Origin: an uncultured Bacilli bacterium
GTDB taxonomy: Bacteria > Bacillota_I > Bacilli_A > RF39 > UBA660
Reading direction: 5' to 3'
Length of the DNA stretch: 64,000 nt
NCBI GenBank assembly: GCA_963931065.1
Contig: OZ006970.1
Span: forward strand, 293,498 to 357,497
Shown here: positions 20,014 to 29,585 of the stretch, piece after piece
How positions within the stretch are numbered: the first letter of the stretch is position 1
Layout: every line of letters starts with the position of its first letter
The notes under the pieces: model-generated
What the model saw: the letters and a program-made list of their open reading frames with translations, nothing else
Databases searched by the model: none
Told to the model about the DNA's origin: nothing
Made by a program: the position numbers and the translations under genes

Positions 20014-21007
20014 TAATTTAAACTATTATATTTCTATATATTTTAAAGATTATCTTCCAAAAGTTATTGGAGTTTCCAAAAATACATTATTATCTTATAG
20101 AGATACATTCTTAATATTGTTAGAATATTTAGAAAATAAACTAAACAAAAATATAAATAAACTTAAAATAAATGATATAACTAGTAATGAAATTAGAAGT
20201 TTTTTAAATTTTCTAGAAGAAAATAAGCATAATAGTATATCAACTAGAAATCAAAGACTAGCGGCTATTCACTCATTTTATAAATTTCTCAAAACAAAAG
20301 AACTATCTTATTTGGATTTATTCACACAAATATTATCGATTCCATTTAAGAAAGCTCCTAAAAATACTATAACATACTTTTCTAAAGATGAAATAAGTAT
20401 TTTAATAAATTGTCCTAATGCTTTAACTAAAAACGGTTATAGAGATTATGTATTATTATTACTTATGTATGAAACGGCTGCAAGGGTACAAGAGATATGT
20501 GATATTAAAAGACATAGTATTCAGTTTAAAGAAACATATACATATGTAACTATAACTGGCAAAGGTAATAAGACAAGAACTGTTCCAATTAATAGTGATC
20601 TTTCATTAATTTTAAAAGATTATTTTGATACCTTTAAAATATCTAATGATGATTATCTATTTAAAAATAAAAATAATAATAAATTAACTACAAAAGGTAT
20701 AAGTTATATTTTTTCTAAATATGTACATAAATCACAAAATAGTTATCCCGAAAAATTTAAAGAACATTATAGTCCTCATAGTATGCGTCATTCTAAAGCA
20801 ATGCATTTATTAGAATCTGGTGTTAATTTAATATATATTCGTGATTTTTTAGGACATGAATCAGTTATTACCACTGAAATATATGCAAAAGCTAATCCTG
20901 TTGTGAAAGAAAAACAAATTATTGAACATGCATATAATATAACTAATGATTCAAAATATACTGATAATACAAAAGAAGAATTGTTAAATTTCTTAAAAAC
21001 ATTATGA
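20006..21007 (+). CDS. Tyrosine recombinase RitC-like, third gene of the trio.
   Basis: HSMRHSKAMHLL...LGHESVITTEIY. The start is at the MNDNL ATG after an AAGGAGAC RBS. The stop lies inside the right inverted repeat. Confidence 0.8.
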   Translation: MNDNLNYYISIYFKDYLPKVIGVSKNTLLSYRDTFLILLEYLENKLNKNINKLKINDITSNEIRSFLNFLEENKHNSISTRNQRLAAIHSFYKFLKTKELSYLDLFTQILSIPFKKAPKNTITYFSKDEISILINCPNALTKNGYRDYVLLLLMYETAARVQEICDIKRHSIQFKETYTYVTITGKGNKTRTVPINSDLSLILKDYFDTFKISNDDYLFKNKNNNKLTTKGISYIFSKYVHKSQNSYPEKFKEHYSPHSMRHSKAMHLLESGVNLIYIRDFLGHESVITTEIYAKANPVVKEKQIIEHAYNITNDSKYTDNTKEELLNFLKTL

Positions 21008-21083
21008 GAAGTAAATAAAGACTAATTCCTTATAAAATAAGGAGTTTTTCTTTTAACTTCTCATAATATTTATCTACCCATAA
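20995..21083. repeat. Right terminal inverted repeat of the RIT element, followed by a 27-bp tail (21084-21110) that holds a third palindromic pair of the ATTATGAGAA motif.
   Basis: Exact reverse complement of 17705-17793. Confidence 0.85.
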
Positions 21084-21116
21084 GATAAATTATGAGAATC
21101 TTCTCATAATTTAAGT

Positions 21117-21926
21117 GATACTACATTTAAACATTTATTTAAAATAGAGGAATATAAAGAGTTTTTTAATACTATTATTAAATCTATTATAGGTATAGAT
21201 ATTTATGATTTTAAGTTATATGATGCTGAGTTAAATAGTGGTAATAAAAAACGTGATTATCGTCTAGATATATTACTAGTGAGTGATTTAGTTGATATAG
21301 TTATATCAATAGAGATGAATCAGTTTCCTAGTGAAGAGACAAAATATAAAAATAGATTATATGTATATGCCTTACTTGCTAAAAGTCTAAATAGTGGAGA
21401 AGATATAAAAAAGAAAAAAGTTATCCAAATAAACTTTAATAACGAAAAGAATCCTTATATTAGTAAAGCATCATATTCAGTTATGGATGTAAATACTCAT
21501 AAAGAAATAAAGGATTTTAAAATACATGAAGTGTATCTTGAAAATTACAATGGAATAAGATATAATAAAGACAATAAAGAAGAAGCATATTTATCTTTAT
21601 TTACTGCTAACTCTTATGAAGAATTAAGAGAAATAGCAGGAGATGATAAGGAGGCATTAAAGATTGTGGATGAATTAGAAAGACTAGGACTTGATGAGAA
21701 GTTTGGCATTGTTTATGATAATGAAGTAATGCAGAAAAAAATGCTTAATACAGCACGTAATTGGGGATATGATGATGGATATGATAATGGATATGATGTT
21801 GGTAAGGAAGAAGGAAAAAAATTAATTGCAAAAAATCTTCTTAAAGATGGTATATCTATAGAAGTAGTATCTAAAAATATGGAATTAAGTATTGAAGAAT
21901 TAGAAGAGTTAAATAAAGAAGCTTAA
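21117..21926 (+). CDS. 3' portion (269 codons) of the interrupted Rpn-family PD-(D/E)XK nuclease gene (YhgA/TIGR01784-like putative transposase).
   Basis: The frame is open from 21096 with no ATG; the ORF track begins at a GTG at 21279. It has DTTFKHLF, RLDILL, IEMNQ (PD-(D/E)XK-like) motifs and the family-typical C-terminus IAKNLLKDGISIEVVSKNMELSIEELEEL. Confidence 0.65.
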   Translation, partial: DTTFKHLFKIEEYKEFFNTIIKSIIGIDIYDFKLYDAELNSGNKKRDYRLDILLVSDLVDIVISIEMNQFPSEETKYKNRLYVYALLAKSLNSGEDIKKKKVIQINFNNEKNPYISKASYSVMDVNTHKEIKDFKIHEVYLENYNGIRYNKDNKEEAYLSLFTANSYEELREIAGDDKEALKIVDELERLGLDEKFGIVYDNEVMQKKMLNTARNWGYDDGYDNGYDVGKEEGKKLIAKNLLKDGISIEVVSKNMELSIEELEELNKEA

Positions 21927-21976
21927 ACGCTTCTTTATTTATTGTATAATTTGAATATATCTAACTAATTAATCTC

Positions 21977-22921
21977 TTATAACATATTTTTCTTTTTTAA
22001 AATAAGGGCAACTATTAATGATAATAACAATGATAATAAAAGTAACAAAACAAAAGCGAAAGGATTATCTGCAAACTTACCAAAAGTAACATTCATTCCC
22101 ATAAAAGATGCTACCATCGTAGGAATAGAAAATACAATCGTAATACCTGCTAAGAATTTCATAATAGTATTAAGATTATTAGAAATAATAGTTGCAACAG
22201 TATCAGTAGTACTAGATAAAATACCTCTATATAAATCAGCCATTTCAATCGCCTGATTATTTTCAATAATAGCATCTTCAAGTAAATCTTCATCTTCTTC
22301 ATATAACTCTATTACATTACCTTTTAATATCTTATCAAGTACAACTCCATTAGATTTTAAAGCTGTAATAATATAAGTCAAACTATTTTCAATAGAAAGT
22401 AAATTTAATAATTCTTGATTTTTAGTAGCATTTAAAATATTAGATTCTGCTATCTCTATTTTATTATCTATTTCTCTTAACATCTTTAAATAAAGTAAAG
22501 CAAGTTTATAAATCATTTGAATAATAAATCTACTTTTCTTATAAGTATAAAACTCTTTAACCTTTCCTTTAGTAAATTCATCAATAATACTATATTTTTG
22601 TAAGCATACTGTTACAATATAATCATTTCTAACAACTAAAATACCTATAGGTAGTGTTGTAATAGTCTTAATATTATTCTTAGTTTCATAAACAGGTACA
22701 TCTAAAAGAAGCATCTTAACCCCATCTTCCTCATCAATACGAGGTTTCTCATCATCATCAATTACACTCATAATAAAGTTTTTCTTAATACCAAGAGCAT
22801 TAACAACTTCATCTATTTCTATTTCCGTAGGATTAACTAAATTAACCCAACTACCTACCTCATATGTATCAATTCTACTAAACTCTCCACTAGTAACATC
22901 AGTATTATATATTTTTAACAT
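21977..22921 (-). CDS. corA: Magnesium/cobalt transporter CorA.
   Basis: Two C-terminal TM helices with the GMN signature (FMGMNV). Confidence 0.85.
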   Translation of the reverse strand: MLKIYNTDVTSGEFSRIDTYEVGSWVNLVNPTEIEIDEVVNALGIKKNFIMSVIDDDEKPRIDEEDGVKMLLLDVPVYETKNNIKTITTLPIGILVVRNDYIVTVCLQKYSIIDEFTKGKVKEFYTYKKSRFIIQMIYKLALLYLKMLREIDNKIEIAESNILNATKNQELLNLLSIENSLTYIITALKSNGVVLDKILKGNVIELYEEDEDLLEDAIIENNQAIEMADLYRGILSSTTDTVATIISNNLNTIMKFLAGITIVFSIPTMVASFMGMNVTFGKFADNPFAFVLLLLLSLLLSLIVALILKKKNML

Positions 22922-22948
22922 AAAACCACTACCTTTCTCTCTTTACTC

Positions 22949-24547
22949 TTAAAATAAACCAACAATCTCTCCTTCAACCAAATCTATATTTTCATAATTT
23001 GGCTTCTTAGGAAGCCCTGGCATTGTATAAATCTTACCACAAAGTACTGTAATAAAACCTGCTCCATTATTTATAATTAAATCTTTTACATGAAGTACAT
23101 TATCTTTAGGATATCCTAATAATTTAGGATTATCACTTATAGAATATTGTGTTTTCGCAACACAAATAGGAAGATAAGATAAACCTAACTTATCTATAAG
23201 TTTTATCTTTTCTTCTGCTAATTCACTATACTCTACATAATTAGAGTTATAAACAAGTCTATTAAGTTTATTTATTTTATTCTTTATATTATCACTTTTA
23301 TCAACTAAAGGTTTAAAATCATTTACTTCATCACATGACTTAATAACTGCGTTAGCAAGATCTATTGCCCCATCTCCACCTTTACTATAAGCATCACTTA
23401 CTTCACAAGTATAACCAAGCTTTAAAATATAACTTTTAACATAATTTATATCTTCTAAAGTATCATCATTAAACTTATTAAGAGAAACTACTATAGGTAC
23501 ATTATAATTTTTTAAATGATTAAGATGTGCATCTATATTACATATACCTTTTTCTAACGAATTATCACCATTATATTTTAAAGCTCTAATAGTAACAACT
23601 AAAACAATAGTAGAAGGTTTAATACCCGCTTTAGGACAAACTATATCAAGAAACTTTTCAGCACCTAAATCGCTACCAAAACCAGCTTCTGTAATAACAT
23701 AATCAGAAAGACTACTAGCAAGCTTTATTGAGGTAATACTACTACAACCATGAGCAATATTAGCGAATGGACCACCATGAATAATAGCAGGAGTTCCTTC
23801 TAAAGTCTGTACTAAGTTAGGTTTAAAAGAATCCTTTAAAAGAACAGTTAAAGCTCCTTCTAATTTTAAATCATGAACATAAATAGGTTCATCCATACTA
23901 TTAAAACCAACTATTATCTTAGATAATCTTTTCTTTAAATCATCTATATCAGTAGCAAGACAAAATAAAGCCATAACCTCACTAGCAGAAGTTATATTAA
24001 AGTGATCTATATATTCACCACTCTTACACTCTAACTTAACATCTCTTAAACTTCTATCATTAGCATCTAAACAACGATTAAAAGTTACTTTCTTAATATC
24101 TAGACTATTTCCTTGCTCTATATGATTATAAACAGCTGCACTAATCAAATTATTAGCAGCACTCATTGCATGAAAATCCCCTGTAAAATGTAAATTAATA
24201 TCTTCCATAGGTACAACTTGACTGTATCCTCCCCCAGTCGCACCACCTTTAATACCAAAAACAGGTCCTAGTGAAGGCTCTCTTAAAGCAAGACATACAC
24301 TTTTATTAAGCTTATTAAAAGCATCAGCAAGACCAATACTAACAGTAGTCTTACCTTCCCCATAAGGAGTAGGATTAATAGCAGTCACTAATATAACTTT
24401 ACCACATTTATCCCCTTTTTCTTTAACAATCTTAGCTTTATACTTACCATACATCTCTATATCATCACTAGTTAAATTCAACTTACTAGCGATTATCTTA
24501 ATATTTTCTAATCTTGTATTATGAGCAATATCTATATCAGTCATCAA
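22949..24547 (-). CDS. fhs: Formate--tetrahydrofolate ligase.
   Basis: 532 aa with the conserved PTPYGEGKTT P-loop and the FTHS architecture. Confidence 0.9.
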   Translation of the reverse strand: MMTDIDIAHNTRLENIKIIASKLNLTSDDIEMYGKYKAKIVKEKGDKCGKVILVTAINPTPYGEGKTTVSIGLADAFNKLNKSVCLALREPSLGPVFGIKGGATGGGYSQVVPMEDINLHFTGDFHAMSAANNLISAAVYNHIEQGNSLDIKKVTFNRCLDANDRSLRDVKLECKSGEYIDHFNITSASEVMALFCLATDIDDLKKRLSKIIVGFNSMDEPIYVHDLKLEGALTVLLKDSFKPNLVQTLEGTPAIIHGGPFANIAHGCSSITSIKLASSLSDYVITEAGFGSDLGAEKFLDIVCPKAGIKPSTIVLVVTIRALKYNGDNSLEKGICNIDAHLNHLKNYNVPIVVSLNKFNDDTLEDINYVKSYILKLGYTCEVSDAYSKGGDGAIDLANAVIKSCDEVNDFKPLVDKSDNIKNKINKLNRLVYNSNYVEYSELAEEKIKLIDKLGLSYLPICVAKTQYSISDNPKLLGYPKDNVLHVKDLIINNGAGFITVLCGKIYTMPGLPKKPNYENIDLVEGEIVGLF

Positions 24548-24610
24548 ATCACCTCCAAAACTACTCTTATTATATGCTAAAACTAAAGAAAAAACTAGTC
24601 TAAAATAAGA

Positions 24611-25267
24611 CTAATTAATAATGCCCTTTACTATAGAATAAACCTCTCTACTTATATCATCAATACTACGTAACACTCCATCTTTACTACATTCTATTAC
24701 TTTAAAGTCATATTTATCTGCAACATATAAACTATTATCATATACTTTATCTAAAAAAACAGTATCTTTCTCATTAATATCTCCTTCTACTCCATCGGTA
24801 TCTCTATTTTTTCTAAGTTCTTTTGCAATAGATTTATCTAGTTTTAAAAAGATAACTAAATCAGGTTTCTTAAGACCTAGTTTATTATATTCATAATCTG
24901 TTACATAGTCTAAAAACTCATCTTTATCTTCAAAAAAAGAGCCCTGATAAATTAAATTAGAAGTAGTATATCTATCTAGTAAAACTATCTTTCCCTCATT
25001 CAATGCTTTTTTTAACTCATTATGATAAACATAAAACCTATCCATTGCATAAAAACTACTAATTGCATAAGGACCTATACCTTCTCTTTTACCTAAATTC
25101 CCCTTTAAGTATTCTTCAACTAAACTTGCTCCTACACTACCATAACTAGGAAAGTGATGATAAACCACTTCCTTTCCAGATTCAACTAATTTATTATACA
25201 ATTCTTTAATTTGTGTAGTTTTACCAACTCCATCACTAACACCTTCAATTACAATTAATTTGCTCAT
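24611..25267 (-). CDS. tmk: Thymidylate kinase-like P-loop nucleotide kinase.
   Basis: The IVIEGVSDGVGKTTQ P-loop, a DRY-type motif (LLDRYTTSNLIYQG) and a lid region. Confidence 0.65.
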   Translation of the reverse strand: MSKLIVIEGVSDGVGKTTQIKELYNKLVESGKEVVYHHFPSYGSVGASLVEEYLKGNLGKREGIGPYAISSFYAMDRFYVYHNELKKALNEGKIVLLDRYTTSNLIYQGSFFEDKDEFLDYVTDYEYNKLGLKKPDLVIFLKLDKSIAKELRKNRDTDGVEGDINEKDTVFLDKVYDNSLYVADKYDFKVIECSKDGVLRSIDDISREVYSIVKGIIN

Positions 25268-25312
25268 ATCTTAACCTCCTATATTTTATAAAGAAAAAGA
25301 GTAAATAGTATT

Positions 25313-26110
25313 CTAATTAGTAAAATCTTCCATTATCTCATCAGTAGTTATTTCTCCCTTACGAGGAAGATGTCTGACTACTAATTTATTATAATAATTA
25401 TCACCAATACTCAATACTAATTTTTCATCAGTATAAGTACTATTATGATAAGTTTCTACTATTTGTTGATATTGTTCATTATTAACATAATAAATTGAAA
25501 GTGATATATTAAATTTATAAAGTTCCTCTAAATCAATAAGTTGCTTAACTTTATTTGCTTCAACATTTTTATCAATACTTTCAGTATTTACAACAATAAC
25601 TGTTACAAATTGCATATATTCAACTTCTATTATATCTAAAGGATTACTATCAACAGGCCAATCTTTACTAGGAACATCATAGAAAAAATAGTTAGCAAAC
25701 TCGTGAATATTTTCATTCCAACTATTATTAATTATTGGTTCAAGTTTTTCTTTTAAATAATCTTCAACTATAGATTTAATTCCACTATCTCTACATTTAC
25801 CAGTTTCTATATTAATTTCAACTATATTTTCATAAGGATTATAAAAATACGCCTGAAACTTACCATCATCTGGTATAAATGGTAAACTAACCTCATAAGA
25901 TTTTCCATATTTTTTTAAAAGATATTTTTCCATTTCTTCTCTTGCTTGCTCTTTACTAGTTATAACAACATCTCTAATATTAGAACTATCTGAAGAATTA
26001 TCAGACTCACCAGGCCACAACATCATAACAACAAACAGAGCGATAATAAATACTATAGCAAAATTACCAAAATAACCAAAACCTTTTAAGATTTTTTTTA
26101 CTTTAATCAT
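25313..26110 (-). CDS. Hypothetical membrane-anchored protein.
   Basis: An N-terminal TM helix (FGNFAIVFIIALFVVMML). I recognise no family. Confidence 0.45.
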   Translation of the reverse strand: MIKVKKILKGFGYFGNFAIVFIIALFVVMMLWPGESDNSSDSSNIRDVVITSKEQAREEMEKYLLKKYGKSYEVSLPFIPDDGKFQAYFYNPYENIVEINIETGKCRDSGIKSIVEDYLKEKLEPIINNSWNENIHEFANYFFYDVPSKDWPVDSNPLDIIEVEYMQFVTVIVVNTESIDKNVEANKVKQLIDLEELYKFNISLSIYYVNNEQYQQIVETYHNSTYTDEKLVLSIGDNYYNKLVVRHLPRKGEITTDEIMEDFTN

Positions 26111-26199
26111 TAAACATTCACCTTATATAAATAATAAAATATAACCACTAAAAAATCAATAAAGCAATAAATAAAATCACACAACTTTACAAAAAATAA

Positions 26200-27908
26200 G
26201 TAACTATTCAGACTATAACACACAAAAGTAAAGAGTAATTATCCGAAAATTGCTCTTTTTAGTTTGCAAATAACACTTCATTATTAAATATAGCTTTAAT
26301 AGATTCAAAAGGATTAATTTTTCTTTTTATAGATGTTTTAATAATACTAATTGCATCACAATATGCTTTAGCACTATCTATATTTTTAAATCCTCCAGAT
26401 ATTTTAGTTTTAATTTTAATAATCCTTAAATCTCTTTCACTTGGATTATTATCAAAAGGAACACTAAAATCATATATAAAAGCCAAGTGATTATCTTTAT
26501 ATTTATCGCATCTTCTAATAAGCTTAAGGGCTTTTTCTTTATAATACGTAGATTTAATATTTTTACTTTCTTTCTTGGCTAATGATATAATCTCATCATA
26601 GTTTGTACTAATTTCATTAGTTTTATTTGAAGAAAATGATTTACTACCTTCTTTTATTAAAACTTTTCTATCATGATATGCTTTAACTAGTAGTTCCTTT
26701 AATTGTTTTGCCCAAGTAACTTCGGAAACATTTTGAATTATTTCTTCTAAATATCTTCCTAAATGAACATTACATTCATAATTATTAGAACCATATTTAT
26801 ACATTGCAGTATCATGATCATGTATAATACCTCCTGTATATCTTGTTAAAATATTATGTTCCTCTATTTGTTTATGTCCTTTATTTTTATGAGGCTTATA
26901 GACTACAGTTTCACTATTACTATAATTTCTTATATACCATTTATTATCATTAGTAGTATCATCTGTATGCATTAAAGACTTATTTAATAAATCATTTTCT
27001 AGATTATCTAAAGTTTTTTTTGACTTTAGACTAAACTCATTTAAAAAGTTAACTAGTGTCCCGTTAGATATATTTATTACTCCTTTAGATAGCACATTAA
27101 ATAAATCACTTAATCTATCTAATGCCACTACATTATATGTTCCAAGTTCAATTGTTAAAGCTTTTATACTATTATCATAAGTCACATCTGTATAAAATTC
27201 TTTTGGTATTTTCTCATCTGTTTTTGGATTATGTTTAAAGATATGTTTTTCTACATAAACATTTACTTCTAAACCTATTTTATATTTAGTAATATCTTTA
27301 CCACTTTTATTATTACTCTCATGATAAATAGTTTTAGTTTCTACAAGTTTATCTTCTATCATTTTTTCAACTTTATCTTTAGTAAGACAATGTCCTTTAT
27401 GACCTTTTTGTCCTCCTATTTTCTTATCTGTCTTTTTTCTAGAATTATATAAATTGGCTCCACTTTTATCTTTCTTACCTGCATCAGTTGAAGGCGGTTT
27501 GCTAGAATTACTACTATCTTTATTTATTTGATTTTTTAATCTATCTATTTCGTTTAGTAATTTCTCTATCATTTCATCTTTTTCTTTTATGCTTTTTTCT
27601 AAATTAGTTATAGTGGTTTTTAATTCTTCTTTTTCTTGTTTGAATTCTTTCTTTAAATCTTGTTTTAATTTTTTTATTTCATTTTTATGAGTAGTATTTA
27701 TATTTTTATTTTCTTTAATTAGTTCATCTAATTTATTACTTAACTCTTCAAATTGTTTATAAAAATCTACTGTTACTGTCATCGTTTTTATATTTGCCAT
27801 AATACCACTATCCTTAACTATTATTATTTTCTCATATATAATTGAAAAAAGCAGCATCGTTGACACTACTTTTTACACTTTATTTTTTTTCATAGTCTGA
27901 ATAGTTAC
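26200..27908 (-). mobile_element. IS66-family insertion sequence (a TnpC-only type) with 17-bp-plus terminal inverted repeats and an 8-bp target site duplication, AAAAATAA.
   Basis: The left end GTAACTATTCAGACTAT (26200-26216) is the reverse complement of the right end (27892-27908). AAAAATAA lies directly outside both ends (26192-26199 and 27909-27916). Confidence 0.75.
26259..27800 (-). CDS. IS66-family transposase (TnpC-like).
   Basis: An N-terminal coiled coil, then a KKIGGQKGHKGHCL zinc-finger region, a DDE-type core (MHTDDTT, HDHDTAMY, CNVHLGRY) and the IS66 C-terminal motif (PFDNNPSERDLRIIKIKTKISGGF). The start is taken at MANIKTM, which follows an RBS. Confidence 0.75.
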   Translation of the reverse strand: MANIKTMTVTVDFYKQFEELSNKLDELIKENKNINTTHKNEIKKLKQDLKKEFKQEKEELKTTITNLEKSIKEKDEMIEKLLNEIDRLKNQINKDSSNSSKPPSTDAGKKDKSGANLYNSRKKTDKKIGGQKGHKGHCLTKDKVEKMIEDKLVETKTIYHESNNKSGKDITKYKIGLEVNVYVEKHIFKHNPKTDEKIPKEFYTDVTYDNSIKALTIELGTYNVVALDRLSDLFNVLSKGVINISNGTLVNFLNEFSLKSKKTLDNLENDLLNKSLMHTDDTTNDNKWYIRNYSNSETVVYKPHKNKGHKQIEEHNILTRYTGGIIHDHDTAMYKYGSNNYECNVHLGRYLEEIIQNVSEVTWAKQLKELLVKAYHDRKVLIKEGSKSFSSNKTNEISTNYDEIISLAKKESKNIKSTYYKEKALKLIRRCDKYKDNHLAFIYDFSVPFDNNPSERDLRIIKIKTKISGGFKNIDSAKAYCDAISIIKTSIKRKINPFESIKAIFNNEVLFAN

Positions 27909-28088
27909 AAAAATAAAATTTATATGAATTTTTAAAATTCAAAAAAAATTTACCTTCAATTTTATAAATTCCCCTAGAGAATTTACAAAATTGACTAAAA
28001 AAACAGCTCGAATTTTAAAAATTCATAATTTGCAAGCTTTCTAAGAAAATGCTAGAGTAAGCCTCGTTAAGAAAAAAGGAGGAATTTT

Positions 28089-29585
28089 ATGAAAAAAATA
28101 ATATTATTCTTAACTCTAAGTTTTATTTATTTAATAAGTTCTATACCCATTGTAAATGCAAGTACAGATTCATTCTATGAAGCAGAATATATTGATAATA
28201 TTTATATGGTTAGATATGATAAAAAAACACAAACTAAATATTATCAAAAAGCAAGAACATATAGAAGAACAAGTGATGGTAAACTTGCATATTGTCTTCA
28301 ACCCTTTAAAGTGTTTAATCCAAATAATAACACATATGAAACAGTAGATAATTTTAAAGATATTAGTAATGAAACTCTAGAAAGAATAAGAGACATTATT
28401 GGATTAGGTTATGGTTATGCCTCACACGGTTATGATATGAAATGGTATGCAGTTACTCAACTTATGATATGGCAAACAGTAGAGCCAGATTGTGAATTTT
28501 ATTTTACTGACACCCTAAATGGCAATAGAATAAACGATTATGATGATGAAATAGCAAGAATAAATGATTTAATAACTAATAGTTACAACACACCAAGTTT
28601 TCACAACAAAACATTTTATGGTATAGTTAATAAACCTATAACTATAGAAGATAGTAAAAACGTCTTATATAACTATGTAATAAGACCTAATGATGTAACA
28701 ATAGATGGAAATAAACTAACTATAGTTAAAGATACTAAAGGTTGTTATGATGTAGAACTATCAAGAAATTATCAACAAGGGCCACCTGTTCTATTTTATT
28801 ACAATCCTAATAGTCAACATTTAGGAACAATGGGAAGTACTACTAATAAAAGTACTAATGTAAGATTTTGTTTTAATGAATTAAAACTAAATCTTAAAAA
28901 AATTGATAAAGATACAGGAACAATGAATAGTCCTGGAGAAGCTTCTTTAAAAGATACAGTATTTACTCTTTATAATAACAAGATGGAAAAAATAACTGAT
29001 ATTACTTTAAATAATAATTTAGAAGCTTCTATATCTAGTAATGATTATGATTTAGACTATGGTACTTACTATCTAAAAGAGACTAAAGTAGGAGTAGGAT
29101 ATTTACCTAATGATAAAGTTTACGAAATAAACTTTACAAAAGATAATACCACTATAAATTTAACTATAGAAAATAAAGTTATTGAAAAAGAAGTAACACT
29201 TAAAAAGTTATATGGAGATAGTCTACTTATGCAAGCAGAAGAAAATATTACTTTTGAAATATATGATAAAGATAATAATCTAGTTAAAAGTATTACAACA
29301 GATCAAAATGGACTTGCCAAAATTACTTTACCTTATGGTCATTATAAAATAGTACAATCTAATACTACTGAAGGATATACTAAGATTAAACCATTTACTA
29401 TTTTTATAGATGATATTAATAAGGATTATATTTATACAATAAATGACTATAAAATACCAAAAGAAGAAATACCTGAAGAAGAAATATCAATAGAAGTACC
29501 AAATACAAGTACAGAAGATAACAACTACCCCTTATTAAGTATAATATTACCTACATATTTAATTGTTAAGAAAAAGTTTAGTTAG
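28089..29585 (+). CDS. Secreted surface adhesin with an N-terminal thioester-like domain and Cna-B/SpaA-type repeats. It is the probable sortase substrate.
   Basis: A signal peptide, then a Cys in YCLQP plus a TQxxIW motif (VTQLMIW) as in TQXA/thioester domains, and prealbumin-like repeats (GTYYLKETKVGVGY). The C-terminus reads VPNTSTED followed by a hydrophobic segment and KKKFS. Confidence 0.55.
   Translation: MKKIILFLTLSFIYLISSIPIVNASTDSFYEAEYIDNIYMVRYDKKTQTKYYQKARTYRRTSDGKLAYCLQPFKVFNPNNNTYETVDNFKDISNETLERIRDIIGLGYGYASHGYDMKWYAVTQLMIWQTVEPDCEFYFTDTLNGNRINDYDDEIARINDLITNSYNTPSFHNKTFYGIVNKPITIEDSKNVLYNYVIRPNDVTIDGNKLTIVKDTKGCYDVELSRNYQQGPPVLFYYNPNSQHLGTMGSTTNKSTNVRFCFNELKLNLKKIDKDTGTMNSPGEASLKDTVFTLYNNKMEKITDITLNNNLEASISSNDYDLDYGTYYLKETKVGVGYLPNDKVYEINFTKDNTTINLTIENKVIEKEVTLKKLYGDSLLMQAEENITFEIYDKDNNLVKSITTDQNGLAKITLPYGHYKIVQSNTTEGYTKIKPFTIFIDDINKDYIYTINDYKIPKEEIPEEEISIEVPNTSTEDNNYPLLSIILPTYLIVKKKFS

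Larger units (their letters stand above)
17706..21110 (+). mobile_element. Recombinase-in-trio (RIT) element, 3405 bp. It has three tandem overlapping tyrosine recombinase genes flanked by 89-bp perfect terminal inverted repeats. It is inserted into an Rpn-family gene, with TTAAGT present at both junctions.
   Basis: Positions 17705-17793 are the exact reverse complement of 20995-21083. A 10-11-bp motif ATTATGAGAA(G) or its complement occurs six times near the ends. Three tyrosine recombinase ORFs of 409, 319 and 333 aa lie in the RIT-typical order. Confidence 0.8.

Noticed and set aside
29480-29585. A canonical LPXTG sorting signal in the adhesin.
   Set aside because: No LPXTG is present. 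Only a VPNTS-like motif plus a hydrophobic and charged tail. Sortase-substrate status is therefore inferred from gene adjacency, not from a canonical motif.
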